Assembly: GCF_964213995.1 (NCBI RefSeq)
Contig: NC_135804.1
Coordinates: forward strand, 68,200,001-68,264,000
Length of the DNA: 64,000 nt
DNA from: Mustelus asterias
Taxonomy: Eukaryota
Direction of reading: 5' to 3'
Shown here piece after piece: positions 12,740-25,600 of this stretch. Position 1 is the first letter of the stretch. Every line of letters begins with the position of its first letter. A program made the position numbers and the translations under genes. The notes below the pieces were generated by a model. It was not told the origin of the DNA. It worked only from the letters and a program-made list of their open reading frames with translations, and did not search any database.

Positions 12740-13250
12740 GACGATACAATATGTAACTGATAGTTCAGGTAAAGGGGAGCCAGTCAATGCAACGTGTTTG
12801 GATTAGCAAAGCAATATATAAGATGCTAATCAAGAGCGCAAGAGGAGGTCTCACAGAATTAGTACAATGTATTAGCGTGAAGTGATGATGAGATAGGAAA
12901 AGGAAACACAACATTTTATGTCTTGGATTAAGTGGGGCCAGGATCAGTTAAGGGGATTTAGCTATTTGCAATCTATTTCATTCATCTGGACAAAAAGACA
13001 GAGCAAAGTGTACCAACCTGATTGATGTAAAGTTAGAGGGCAATATAACTTACAAGAAATGAATAGAGAGCACAAAATTGGTCTAGATGGTTAAGTGAAT
13101 GGCCAATAAGGTGAGAGGTGGAGCATAATGTAAACAATTATGTGGTTATCTTCTTTGATAGTAATAATATGAAAAGAGATTTTTTTTTACAAGAAAAGCT
13201 TAAAGTTTCAAAGTTTCAATGTTCAGAGAGATTTGGCGGTACTTGAGCAA
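12740..13250 (+). mobile_element. Degenerate CR1 RT fragment
   Basis: Degenerate RT-like sequence (GEPVNA.CLD; tttaatgt..aaatgtg-type motifs) with many stops. Confidence 0.5.
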
Positions 13251-13264
13251 TGAGTGCAAAAAGT

Positions 13265-13500
13265 TAGCCTCGAGACCATTCGCAGCATTTGCGTAATATT
13301 TGACACTGACATGAGCTTTAGTCTTCATATCTCCATGCTTGATAAGACCAATCAATTCCTCCTGTACAATGTCACTGGACTTCACGTCGGCCCCGGAGTA
13401 CTGATTTTGATTCAGTCATTCCCACATTCATTACCTCTTGAATTGTCTATTCTGGAACATTGCACTCAATCTTTTCCATGATACCTCGATAAACTTAAAG
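13265..13500 (+). mobile_element. L2 LINE relic
   Basis: TIRSICVIFDTDMSFSLHI..KT..FLLYNV resembles the L2 motif VRNLGVIFDxxLSFxxHI. Confidence 0.55.
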
Positions 13501-13959
13501 ACATCCACACCTGTTCCCGTTGTGCTTCCATGCACCATCTTCTGTTCATATTTCACAACTGTGTCTGCTGGTGTACAATAGCTGCACCACAAGCGATGCT
13601 TGCAGTTTGAAATTCGCAACCTTCCTTCCCAATCTCTCCATGGTTTAACGGTTCCACTATCTGTAATATTGTCCAGTATCACAAACTGTCGATATAACTA
13701 TGTTTATGCAACTAGAATACAAGAGGAAAAATAAATGTAAAAATAGACAGGAAGAATTTCTCCAAACGTAGACAAAAAAGAACGTAGCTAAGGCAAATAT
13801 TGCTCTTGAGCTGTTACGAATTAATAATACGAAACAGCGGAATGGCAAAGACTTCTAACACGTGGTTGTAACTGTCTCTGAATTAGGGGAGAAAGCAATT
13901 GTAGAATATTAAGAAAATAAAGAGTGGAAAGCTCTTCAGAAAAATTCATAACATTGATT

Positions 13960-15735
13960 GCAAAAAGTAAATGCTTGGTATGTTAATAAACCCCTGGCCC
14001 GCAACCTGATGGGCTGAATCCTAGGGTCTGGAGAAAATGACTGCGGAGATAGAGGAGACATTGTTTTTAATCTTCTACAATGCAAAGTGTTTGAAAAAAA
14101 CCCATGTTATTGGCAAGCACATTCATTTGAAGAAAGGATTAAGTCAGAAACCAGGGAATTATACCAGGAGAAAACCAGGAGGAAAATCTGTTTTAGAAGA
14201 CTTTATTACATACAGTTCGTTGAGGAAGTATCACACAGAGTGCATGAAGAGGAACATGTAAATGTAGTGTGTTTGGATTACCAAATGTCATTCAATATAA
14301 TTTGCGGGAAAAAATGTTGCAGACGAGGGAGGACATTTTGCTGCTGAGTCTATTGTTTTAGCATGGTTGGATGATTAGCTAATAAACAGAAAACAGCATC
14401 GAGATCGTTGCGTCATTTGTAAATTGGTAGCTTGTAACTATTACCATGGGGGCGGCACGGTGGCAGAGTGGTTCACACTGCTGCCTCACGGACCAGGGGC
14501 CCAGGTTCAATTCCAGCTTTGGGTAACCGTCTGTGTGGAGTTTGCACTTTCTCCCCGTGTCTGCGTGGGTTTCCTCCGGTGCTCTGGTTTCCGCCCAGAA
14601 GTCCAAATGTGAGTGGATTAGGTTGATTGGCCATGCTGAGTTGCCCCCTAGTGTCAGGGGGATTGCGACTGTGAATATGTGGGGTTACGGGGATGGGATC
14701 TGGTTGGGATTGTTGTTGGTGCAGGCTTGATGGGCAAAATGACCTATTTCTGTACCGTAGATTCTATGATTAAGTACTTCAAGGATCAGTGCCAGGGCCT
14801 CAACTGGTTACAATCTATATGAATGGCTTGGATGAAAGGTCCTAATATATTATACTCACATTTTCTGACAACGCAAGATAGGTATGAAAGTAATTGATGA
14901 GAATGATACAACAAATCTTGAAGTAGATATAACCGCCATCACTGAGTGGTCAAAATTTGTACATGGGGTTAAAAGTGAGTATGACCACCTGAATGGAAAA
15001 TCCATAAAAACAAAAAAGGAGAAAAACTTCAGAGTGTTGTGTCACAGATCGATCTGTCTTTGTGCATGTAGTCCGAACTGTAAGCATGCAGGGGCAACTA
15101 GTAACTATAAACGCAAATTCAATTTTGGTCTTTATTGCAAGGATGGACCATAAAATTAGGTAAGTCTTGTTACACGTGGGGCAAGTATTGATCAAACTAC
15201 ACCTGTGTTGGTGCGTAACCTTCTGTCCTCCTTATTTGAAAACGGATAATATTTGCTTTGGAGACAGTTCAGAGGAGGTTCCTTATTCTAATTCATGAGT
15301 TGAACATTTGTTCATATGAAACACATTCGACTCGTTACTTCTATAGTTACTGAAACTTGAAAAGCTGAAAGACGACCTTATGAAAATAAAAAAATATCAT
15401 GTGGGGTTCTGAAAGGAGGATGCCAACAGGACGTTTCCCTTCTTGAGCAATCTAGGATTAGGGGCACAGTTTCCAAATAAGAAGACATGAATTTGAGGTG
15501 GTAATGGGGAGGAATTTCTTCTCTCAGGCTATCATTTATCGCGGGAGTTCCCTGAAATGTAGCACACAGAAGGTTGAATTATGATATGGATTCGAGGCTT
15601 GAATTGGAGGGATTTTCAATTAGAAATTGTTTGTACCGGAGAAAAGTCAGGAAAGTTGAATTAAGACCAGTCACATCAGCAATGACCATATTGAATGGAG
15701 GCTGGAGGGCGAAATGGCCTGGTACTTGCTCCTAT
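13960..15735 (+). mobile_element. Degenerate CR1 LINE interrupted by a SINE
   Basis: FVEEVSHRVHEEEHVNVVCLDYQMSF, QGSVPGPQL, and a CR1 3' tail. Confidence 0.75.
14450..14772 (+). mobile_element. HE1-like SINE
   Basis: ggcggcacggtggcagagtggtt (A box), ggttcaattcc (B box), core and tail. Confidence 0.9.
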
Positions 15736-16574
15736 CATCTTCATATGCGCAGGTTCCCTTGAGCATTCATGGTTGACTGTTCTCCAACACTGATTGCCTT
15801 CCGTTCAGGTTCCTAGGCCCTGCACTCTGCATTTCCCACCCTAAATTTCTCCAACTTCCTAATTCTCTTTAATCTTTTAAGGGCACTACGAACTTAACTG
15901 CTCAGGGAAGCATTTGATCATCTGCCCTAATATTTCGTTCTGTAGCTTGATGACGGATTTGACCATGTAACTCAACTGCAAGGCATCCTGAGACATATCA
16001 TTACGTTAACAGCATAGCATTACTCGTGATATACTGAATTTTCAATGTTGTGCATATCAAATTTAGTATTTCTTCCACAAACTATTGCACAGAAGAGAAA
16101 ATACTGAGTTTGCATGAGCAACTTTATTGCCAAATTGCTCTCAGCGCAACAGTTTTGAGAAACTGGCAAAGGTATCAGCAGTTTTCAAATTTGTGTCATT
16201 TAGTGTTTTAGCAACTGGGTAAACAAAGATTTTGCCGATGATTGGGGAAGTATCCCTACAATTCTAAGTCTGCTGTGAGCCTATAGTTGTCAGCCCCTTC
16301 TGAAAAGCTATGATGCTTTAATGCATTCTTACAGTGTGACAGGAGGGCACAGGCATCCGCAAAACAGCAATTCCCATATCATCATTTGTGGTAATAGGTG
16401 AAAATTTCAATCGGCTCAGCTTAAAGAGATTACCATCTTTTCAGAATTTGGTGTATATTTCATAAAAATTCGCATCGAATGGCACAGAAAGCAGGGCAAA
16501 AATGAATATATTGAAGAAGACAGGGGCTATGACAGGCCTTGCAGCATGCTACTTGTTGCATAAAAGAGAAACAC

Positions 16575-17560
16575 GGAAACATAGAATATTGGAGCAGAAT
16601 TAGGGCATTCGGCCCTTCAAGCATGCTCCCTTCTCAATATGACCATGGCAAATTACCCAACTCAATAGCCTGATCTCACTTTCCACCAGACACCCGCCCC
16701 ACTCACCCCACCTCCCAAACACATATTTTGATTCCCGTCGCCCCAAGACTTGTATCTAACTCCTTCTTGATAGCATGTAAGGATTTGGCTTCAACGGCTT
16801 CCTATGATAGAGAATTCCTCAGATTTAGCACTCTTTTGGTGAATACATGTCCATTCAGCTCTGTCCTAAAAGGTTTACCTTGTATTCTTAGACTATGATC
16901 CTTCGTCACATATTCCCTCATCATCGGGAACATCCTTCCTGCATCTACTGTGCCTGCTTTTGCTAGAATTTTGTAGCTTTCTATGAGATCCCCATTCCTT
17001 CTTCTGAACTCAAGCGGATATAGTCCTTACCGACTTAATCTGTCCCCATTTGACAGTCCCGCCATCCGAGGAACAAGTCTGGTAAACCATCGCTGCACTC
17101 CCTCAGAAGCAATAACATTCTTTCTCAGATAAGCAGACCAAAACTGCGCACAAGGCGTGGCTTCACCAAGGCCCTGTATAATGAGCGCAAGACACTCCTG
17201 GTCCTGTACTCGAATCCTCTCACTCTGAAGGCTAATAAATCATTTACGTTCTTTAGCGTCTACTGTACCTACATCCTTACCTTCAGCAACTGGTGTGCGC
17301 GGTCGCTCTATGCGCATCCCCTGTCTCAAATATAACCATTCATATCATAATCTGCCTTGCTGATTTTGCTACCAAAGTGAATAGCCTCACATCATCCACA
17401 TTATAACACATCTGCCATGCATTTGCCTTCTCACTCAGCTTGTCCAAATCACAGAGCCGCAACTCTGCATTTTCTTGGCAGCTCTCCCTTCAATTCCGCT
17501 TCGTCTTGTGTGATAAATTGGAGAAATTACATTTAATTGCCTCTTCTAAATCATTGATGT
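16575..17560 (-). mobile_element. CR1 LINE fragment (same family as 6000-7120)
   Basis: Colinear similarity to 6000-6960, e.g. gtctggtaaac.atcgctgcactccctc. Confidence 0.8.
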
Positions 17561-17639
17561 ATATATACATATATATTTGAACTGTTTGTCAGGATATTTA
17601 AATCTTTCCAAAATACCTCTATGGCCTTATATACCCTCC

Positions 17640-17990
17640 TTTTTCCTGCCTGGGGAATATGTTCTACCCACTACAGATACAATAAGCAACGGGAAGGTTT
17701 ACGCAGGAGGTGCATTCGGTATATCATGGGAATTAAATTTCCCCCACACCAAAGTACTTCAAAAAGCGGATATGTATGTGTCATCAGGAATCAGTCCAGT
17801 CAAAGTGGACAGTTAGTATAGATAACTGGTGATAGAATCCCTTGGGCGACCAAGTATTCACGATGTTAACTTCTGTTCTACCTGCAAAGTGGATCGGTAT
17901 CAAAATTCGAGGTCTTATTTATGGTGAATGTCACCAACTATGGCATGGTCTGCACGCTTGGCCAAAAGTGCGCGAGGAAGTACTTCCTGG
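17640..17990 (+). mobile_element. RTE-like LINE relic
   Basis: RRRCIRYIMGI..KVLQKADM..GLIYGE resembles the RTE ORF C-terminus (RCLRRILxI..EVLxKA..LLYGEL). Confidence 0.45.
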
Positions 17991-18184
17991 CAAGTAATCT
18001 AAAATAATGGCATTGTCTCCTTCCAACAGCAAATAATTCACGAAGTTAAGGACATATGCATGAGAGATAGCGCTATCTGAAGAGAGATGTAATTATCTTA
18101 GTGGGACGAAAACTGTAGTGGAGACCACTTACGTAATACTGCGAGAAATACAATTGTGACTTTCTGCAACATAACGACAATTAA

Positions 18185-18273
18185 CGCACACAAGAAGAGC
18201 TGAACCAGTTTCGTTTCCTCTGTGGTCAGCAGCTTGGACCCAATCATTCAATACCTCCCAGATGTTTTACTTC
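18185..18273 (-). pseudogene. Relic of a V-exon 3' end followed by a second J-like strand
   Basis: 18258-18271 is identical to 9610-9623 (14 nt) and 18231-18242 matches 9576-9587 at 11/12. Translates as EVKHL..(frameshift)GSKLL, then GNETGSALLVC. Confidence 0.5.
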
Positions 18274-20956
18274 AAAACAGTTTAAAAAGGTATTTCCGGT
18301 TTTTAACGTTATTGCAGTCAGATATTTTAACAAAATCCTTGACCTACTTTTGATATTTTTACGATTTGCAGAAAGGGCAGCGACGGAGTTGACAGCTAGA
18401 ATGGTAATTTGAATGTCTGCAGAGATTCATATATAGCAAGATTTACTGTCTAAAGCTGAAGTGCAAATTGACAAAATTATGATATTATGGAGAGTCAGAA
18501 TATAGAAATAATCGTTATGTTCGTCGAAGTAGTTAGATCAAAATTTTATGCACCTTTATTACAATCTATTTCACATGGTGAATTAAGTAGACGTTTCTAA
18601 GTATCGACATTGTTGCTGTGGGCTGCCTAATATCTGTGCCTCATTTGTTCTTAACTTGCTCTACTTTTTGACACAGAGTGAAACAAGACCCTTCATTATT
18701 ATGTAATATTATTTCGATAAATCTTTAAGATTTCACAATTTATAAATATAGTGATACCTTCAACACCTGGAGTGTAAATTTGCGATTGTCTATTCATGAT
18801 CTTACTGCTGTCGCGTAGCTTCATTCAATGTAGTTTTTTTTTGTAAATGGGTAACAAGAAGTGAATAAGCTCACACGAGCTTATAGTGATCCATGAATTG
18901 CAAAGGCCACGTATCATTTCCCAAACACCGGCACGCTATCGTTCTTGAAATGCTATTCAGCAGTTGCCTTATTTTGTAATTCGTTACAGTAACATCTCCG
19001 TATTGATTATAACTTGTTTATTTTTTTTATCTAAGTTGAGTTCTCAACCTGTTCCTGTCAATTAAAATCTAGTCGTCGCAAATATAGCGGACACGTCCAT
19101 TTATCAATAATTTACATTTTTCCTCGTAATTTTGCTTTGCACTTTTCCAGTACGATCACCTGCTGTTTGTAATTGGCTGACGAATAAGATACCCAAAACT
19201 CTAAATTTGGAATACCCAGTGTTTGATCAATCTACAATAACCTCCATTCTTTTCAGTACTAAACACAATTATTCCCGATGTCTCCTGACAGAGCAGAATT
19301 TTACATGTTCCCGACCGTTGTCCTTTTTTTCTCTGGGGTGCTAGGGGAGGGGGAAGCAAAATGACATGGATGCCCATCTAAGTACCTACCCTTCCATCCC
19401 AAACTGACCCTCTAATTCTATGGATGGGCGGACGACAAAATCGCCATGTAAAAATGACAATTTAAAATCAATAACACGTCTTAGGAAGCCGACCAAACCT
19501 AATAATATAATGACCACACCATAAACCGTTAACCTCAATGAATAAAGGGCGGGAAGAAAGGGGTTGCCACTCTCCGGTGGCCGGCTTTTGCCGACAGCGG
19601 GTCGGCGCCTTTAGATTGATCACCAACTTCCTTCGTACCGCTCCTTTTCTTAGCCCCTTCCGCCCACCTCTAATCCCATGCCACCAACCCAAACCCATCT
19701 ACCCTCCCCCCTCCACGCCCCCCCCCCCTCCACGCCCCCCCCCCTCACCCACACTCCACCCCCGCACGCCATGCACTGCCCTTAACCTGAAGACTTACCT
19801 GAAAAGGGGAGTCCTCGGCTTCGGGCTCTTCTTCTCAGTTAAGGTGGCGGCAGCTGCCATCACCCCATTACCAGCGCTGCCAGGGCTGGTAGAACTGCCG
19901 GTCCATTGGATTAGTAGGTAGCTCCAGAGGGCGGGCGCAAAGATGCATTTGGTCTTCGTTAATGAACCTTCTAGTGCTTTAATGCTGAGGGATTTTTCGG
20001 CGTGTTGTCACTCCGCTTCACGCCGACAAGTTTTGAGGGAGGCGCGAGGAATGGGCACGTGCCTTCTGCCCACATAGCAATCGGGCACCGTTTGGAATTG
20101 GTCTCTCTCTATCCATTGCACAGGCGTGTTGGCATCACGTGCAACATTCATATATATTTCCGCTATTTTCAAGTGCAAATAATTGCTGCATAAGCCGATA
20201 AGGAAACGATCTCGTCGGAGCTCTGTGGAACCCCTATCGAAAGAACAATCCAGTCAAAATAAAATATCTTGCCAACCTTTGCTTATTTTCAGTGAGGGAA
20301 TAGTGCATCCCATTCCCCTGGGATTCAATGGTCTTTTACTTGTCTTGCCGGTCAAATGTTTCTTGAAATTAGGACGACTATATCAAACTCACCAATCTCT
20401 TCGACGTGTTGTTTTATTTCCTCGAAAAATTCAATCAAAGTCGTCAAACGCACAATTGTCTCAACCATCGCTCTGGGTACCCTTAATTAATCCGTGTCAT
20501 TCGAAAACACAATGAGTAACGCGCCACAAAATGACAAATTTATACACTGACGGGTCTGTCATTGCTGCCGCGAATGTTTTGTTTTAACAATACTACTATG
20601 ATAGAGGTACCATATTCCTTCTGAAAGACGCCTAAGGCGACAGAGAATTGGAAAATGATGTGCGGATCATTTGCTCTCTTCTCCGTTGTTTCTGTTTGTA
20701 ACCTTATAAATTTCATCCGCAGCATCACACCACGGTTATCTGCACAGCAAAAATGATATTTCATGTATTTCCATATCTCGTACTTCATCTGGAAAATTAC
20801 ACTACAGTCATCATGATGGCAGTGTGTCTGGATTTTACATTACTTGCACGATTTGAAATGTTTTTCCCAACGCAGGGCATGGCAAATGTAACATTAAAAG
20901 CAGCCGTCCTAAACGGGTTGTTGCGGGTCATTATTTTAGATATTCGTTTCGCAATC

Positions 20957-21750
20957 TGAGGAGGCGGAGTAAAGGAAAGAGATAGCGAATCCGATTAATT
21001 GGTACGACAACAATAATCTCTCCCACAATGCCAATAAAAGGAAGGAGATATTCATCGATTTCAGGAAGTGTGCGTTAATGGGGATGAAGTGGAAGTCTTC
21101 CACAACTTCAGGTTTCAAGGTTTTCAGATCACCAACAACCTGGCCTGGTTCCTCCAAGCCGACGCTATGGTTACGAAAGCCTACCAACGCATTTACTTTC
21201 TCAGGAGGCGAGGAAATTCGGCATGTCCGCTGCGAATCTCAGTAACGTTTACACATGCACCATTGGAAACATCCTTTCCGATTGTATCACAGCTTCGTAT
21301 GGCTTCTGCTCTATCCAAGACCGTAAGAAACTCCAAAGGGCCATGAAGAAGCCCAGTCCATCACGCAGACCATACTCACATCCATTGACTCCATCAACAC
21401 TTCCCGCTGCCTCGGAAACGCAGCCAGCTAAATCAAAGGCCGCGAGCACCCGCATAACCAAAGACCCCATGCATCCCAGACAAGCACTTTTCCACCAACT
21501 CGATTGGGAGCAAGATAGAAAAGTCTGAGTTCAGGTACTAACCGACTCAGAACAGTTTCTTCCCTGCTGCCATCAGACTTTGAAATGGACCTGCCTCCTA
21601 CTGAGTTGATATTTCTCCACTCCCTAGTTGTGACAGTTACACTACATTCTGCACCCTCTCTGTTAAAGGGGTGATTTGTCTGTGTACAGCGCAAAATCCA
21701 AAACTTTTCTCTTTATACAAACACAGGTGACAATACTAAAACAAATCAAC
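20957..21750 (+). mobile_element. Rex1/Babar LINE 3' fragment
   Basis: KEIFIDFRK, KAYQRIYFLRR, YTCTIGNILSDCITASYG; its 3' UTR is similar to 4320-4540. Confidence 0.85.
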
Positions 21751-22699
21751 ATGAAATAACAAATAATACAACGAATACCACTGTTTTCTGCTATCCGTAT
21801 ATTAGTTTCATGTCCATGTTGCCATTGTAACTTTAATGCGGTGGTTTTCAATGAATCTAGGAAAGTTAATATCTGGCATCTTATAATAAGTCTGCCAAGC
21901 GTTCTTATATACAACACTACCACCATGAACCAATTCATCGAAATGACTGGAATGTCATGATTTAGCAATAAAGTCTTGGAACTTGCTCTATGCTGATCCT
22001 ATCACCCTCATCCCAAGTGGTCCATTAATCACAGTGACGGTAGTGACTATAGTGACCATAATGACCAGCGAAACGTTATATTTTCTCACTTTTGTTAATG
22101 AAATCTTACGGAGCAGCTTTGAAGTCATTCCGACGGCCCAGTCCGTATTTTTTGTGCAATTCGGGTTATCCTTAGTCATGTTCATGACCGTCTGATGGAT
22201 GAAATGGTGCTTCCACACAATAAAGATGGCAGCATTTTGGTAACGTAAAGAGGACAACAACAGTAAAATGTTTTGTTTCGGGCAAGAGTTCAAATCCAGC
22301 CAAGGCAACCCTTGGAATTTAAATTCAGATAAGGAATCATGCTGCAGTTCAAAACTAATCATGAACATATATTCGGTTTGGGGGTTAGCAGACTGAGTGG
22401 AAAGTGAGAACTTGGTGCAATTATGAATTTCTTGGGGAGGCTTAATATGCACTTGTCAAGTTCGAGTGGAACTACCAACGATTCGGATTCTTAAATTAAA
22501 ATCGCTGTTCAGTATATAGATATCGAATATTTACTTTGTTAGCTCTGTTACGAAGGGTCGGTTGATCTCCTGTCCGAGAACGAACACTCAACCACACAAA
22601 GAGAAGTACCTCCCTTCACAATCTATTAAAGTCTGTATAAGAAGGGATAATGTCAGCATTTCAGCAGCCTGGAGTGACCAACTCGAAATAACTACCTGA

Positions 22700-25600
22700 G
22701 ACTGTCTTTGCCTCTCATACATTGTTTCAGTCTGTGTACCGCTTGCACCTACTTCTCTTCAGTACAGAACAAACACTATCTTTTCTAAAAGAGCGATGAA
22801 ATTTTACAATTTCTAGCATTTCAGAAGATTTTTTGATAATTTGGCAGATACTAATTTCACAATACCTTCACCACTTTAGAAAAGAATGAACCTTCATCAT
22901 GAAAAGTTGGCTTCATTTTTAAAAAACTCATGTTAAAACATATGCAATAACATTTTCATGACCCACAACATGTACAATCTGTAAGTTAAATGCTTGTAAC
23001 AAGTGACACTTTATTTATCTAATTAACAGTAAACAGGTTAACGAAACTATTAACAAACCAAATAAAACATTATGCTGACAGAATTCTGTTTAAATAAATA
23101 CAATTCCCACTTATTAAAAAAATGAAATATTTCGTCACACTCAAAATACAACTTGTTGTTATCTTCCGGAATCTTGTTTATTCTTTATCTTCACTTTTCA
23201 CTATCTTCTGTTGGCATCTTTGTAATTAAGATTAGGTTTTTGTTTAAGATATAAATGTGGCTATTACACTGTTAGATGACAGTTGCTGGCTATGTGCATT
23301 TCTCTCAGAGCAGAGCTAAGCTGTTACTCAGCAGGTGACAGGCGTTCTTCTACCGTTTGTGCCCTTGATCCTGTCTTTTATACTCCTAATGATATACCAA
23401 AATCCCTACAATAGGATTGGTTTGCAGGTTATCAAAACATCAAATTCAAATCTGATATGTTGCTGCTATTCAAATGCCTATCTCAAATTGATTGGTTAAA
23501 ATTCAAAAAGATGTTCTGATTCAGATGCCTGAAGTCTGTTACCAAGTCAACCCTGCTGTCTTTGCCTCTCATGCATTGTTTCAGTCTGTGTACTGCTTGC
23601 ACTTACTTCTCTTCAGTACAGAACAAAAACTACCTTTCCTAAAAGAACCATGACATTTAAAAAATTTCTAGCATTTTAGAAAACTTTTTCATCATTTGGC
23701 AAACACTAATTTCACAACACCTTCACCCCTTCAGAAAAGAATGAACCATCATCATGAAAAGTTGGCTTCATTTTTAAAAAGCTCACGATAAAACAAATGC
23801 AATAACATTTTCATGACCCACAACATGTACAATCTGTAAATTGTACATGTAACATGTAGCTTGTAACATAAGACTCCAACAAAATAGTCTGGCCATCTTA
23901 TCCTTTAATCTTTCCAGAAATGTCAAAGGATTCTGATCAGTATACACAATCAATTCTGATTAATTGTTTGTAACATAATCATTAAAATGTTGTAAAGATA
24001 TTACTAAAATTATTAAATACTTTTCAAAATTGAAATATTTTGTCAGGCAGATATTGTGGGGTTTTTTCGAAAATTAGGCGATTAGCATTTCAATTCAAAA
24101 ATTATTCTCCTGTAACAGCACAGCTCTAACACTTACATTGCTGACGTCAATAGTGACTTTAAATGTTTTCAAGAAGTTTGGTGTGGCTAAAACAGGTTCG
24201 GTGGTTAACACTGCTTTCAAATTCTGATATGCCTCTTGGTATTGTTCTGTCCACCAAAATTTCATGTTCTTTTTTAACAAGGTCGTCAACAATGCCACTG
24301 GCTGCTAAAATTTCATACGTACCTTTGTAGAAGCCGCTCAATCCCAAAACTCACTGCACTTTCTTCTTCAATGATGGTCTTTGAAATTCCTCGATGGCCT
24401 TCGTCTTCAGATTTCTCAGTCTCATCCATCCGTATCCCATATTGTGTTCTAAAAATATCACTTCTGCCTCCGCAAATTCTTTTTTGCCAAGTTTATGACC
24501 AATTTTGTGTTTCGTAGTCTCTCAAAGAACTCTGCCAAATGCTCCATGTGATCTTTCCAAGAACGATTAAAAATCACTAAGTCACCAATGTAAACATCGC
24601 AATTCGTCAATCTGGCAACAACTCTCTTCATAAAGGTAGCGGGTGCATTTTTCATCCCAAAGGGCATTACTTTAAATTGACATATCCCAATTGGGGTTAG
24701 AAAAGCAGAAACTTCTTTAGCTCTCTCTGACAAAGTTACTTGCCAATAACCGTGAACTAAGTCCAACTTTGTGATGTAAGTAGTTTGTCCAGCTTTTCCA
24801 CACAATCCTCCAGCCTTGGAATTGGCTATGAATCAGATTTAGTCATAGTGCTAACCTTGCGATAATCTATGCAGAATTGTTGAGTACAATCAGGTTTGAG
24901 GACCAACATTATCGGCTAAGTTCACTTGCTTTGACTTGGCTCTCTGATATCTTCATGTAGCATTGCTTTCACTTCCTTCTGAACCTGAACTGCTTTGGGA
25001 GGCATTCGCCTTTAGGGTATTATTTTATAGGAACAGCATTCTCTACATCAACCTCATGTACTATATCTTTAGTCCTCCCCATTGTCTTTTTACATAGGAC
25101 CTCATAGCCCTGTAACACGGCTTTAAATTCAGTTCTCTGGTCCTGAGGCAGGTAACTCACTACCCCTATTCCATTCCTTAAGTTCTTCTTCATTATTCAA
25201 TTTATTCTGAGGCACATCAAAATCTACATCATCTGGATTTGATTCCTCACTCTGAGTGGCAGTATCTAATACTTGTTTCTCCGGTTCCCTGTCCCTGTTA
25301 TAATAGTCTTTTAGCATGTTCACATGACATACCCTATGCATTTTTTTCCTATCTGTCATCTTTACCAGATAATTCACCTGACTATATTTCGCCTCAATCT
25401 GAGAACCACTGGCCACTAAACCTGGCCAACAAGGGATCTCCTGCCATTGGTAATAGCATGAATACTTTATCCCCATGGGCAGACGTAGAATTTTAGATTT
25501 CTTATCTGCTTCTTGTTTCATTAGTTGCTGTGCCATTCACAAATGTTGGGTAGCTAATTCATCCATTCTGTTTAATCTTTCTTTCACCTGAGCTATATAA

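Noticed and set aside
13657-13712. INIVISTVCDTGQYYR as a V F-strand relic
   Set aside because: No Cys, no J strand and no upstream Trp; the preceding sequence is simply T-rich.
21988-22195. Hydrophobic ORF segment (VSLVIMVTIVTTVTVI) as a type II TM exon
   Set aside because: It derives from a short gtgac-type repeat that reads hydrophobic on both strands; no partner exons were found.
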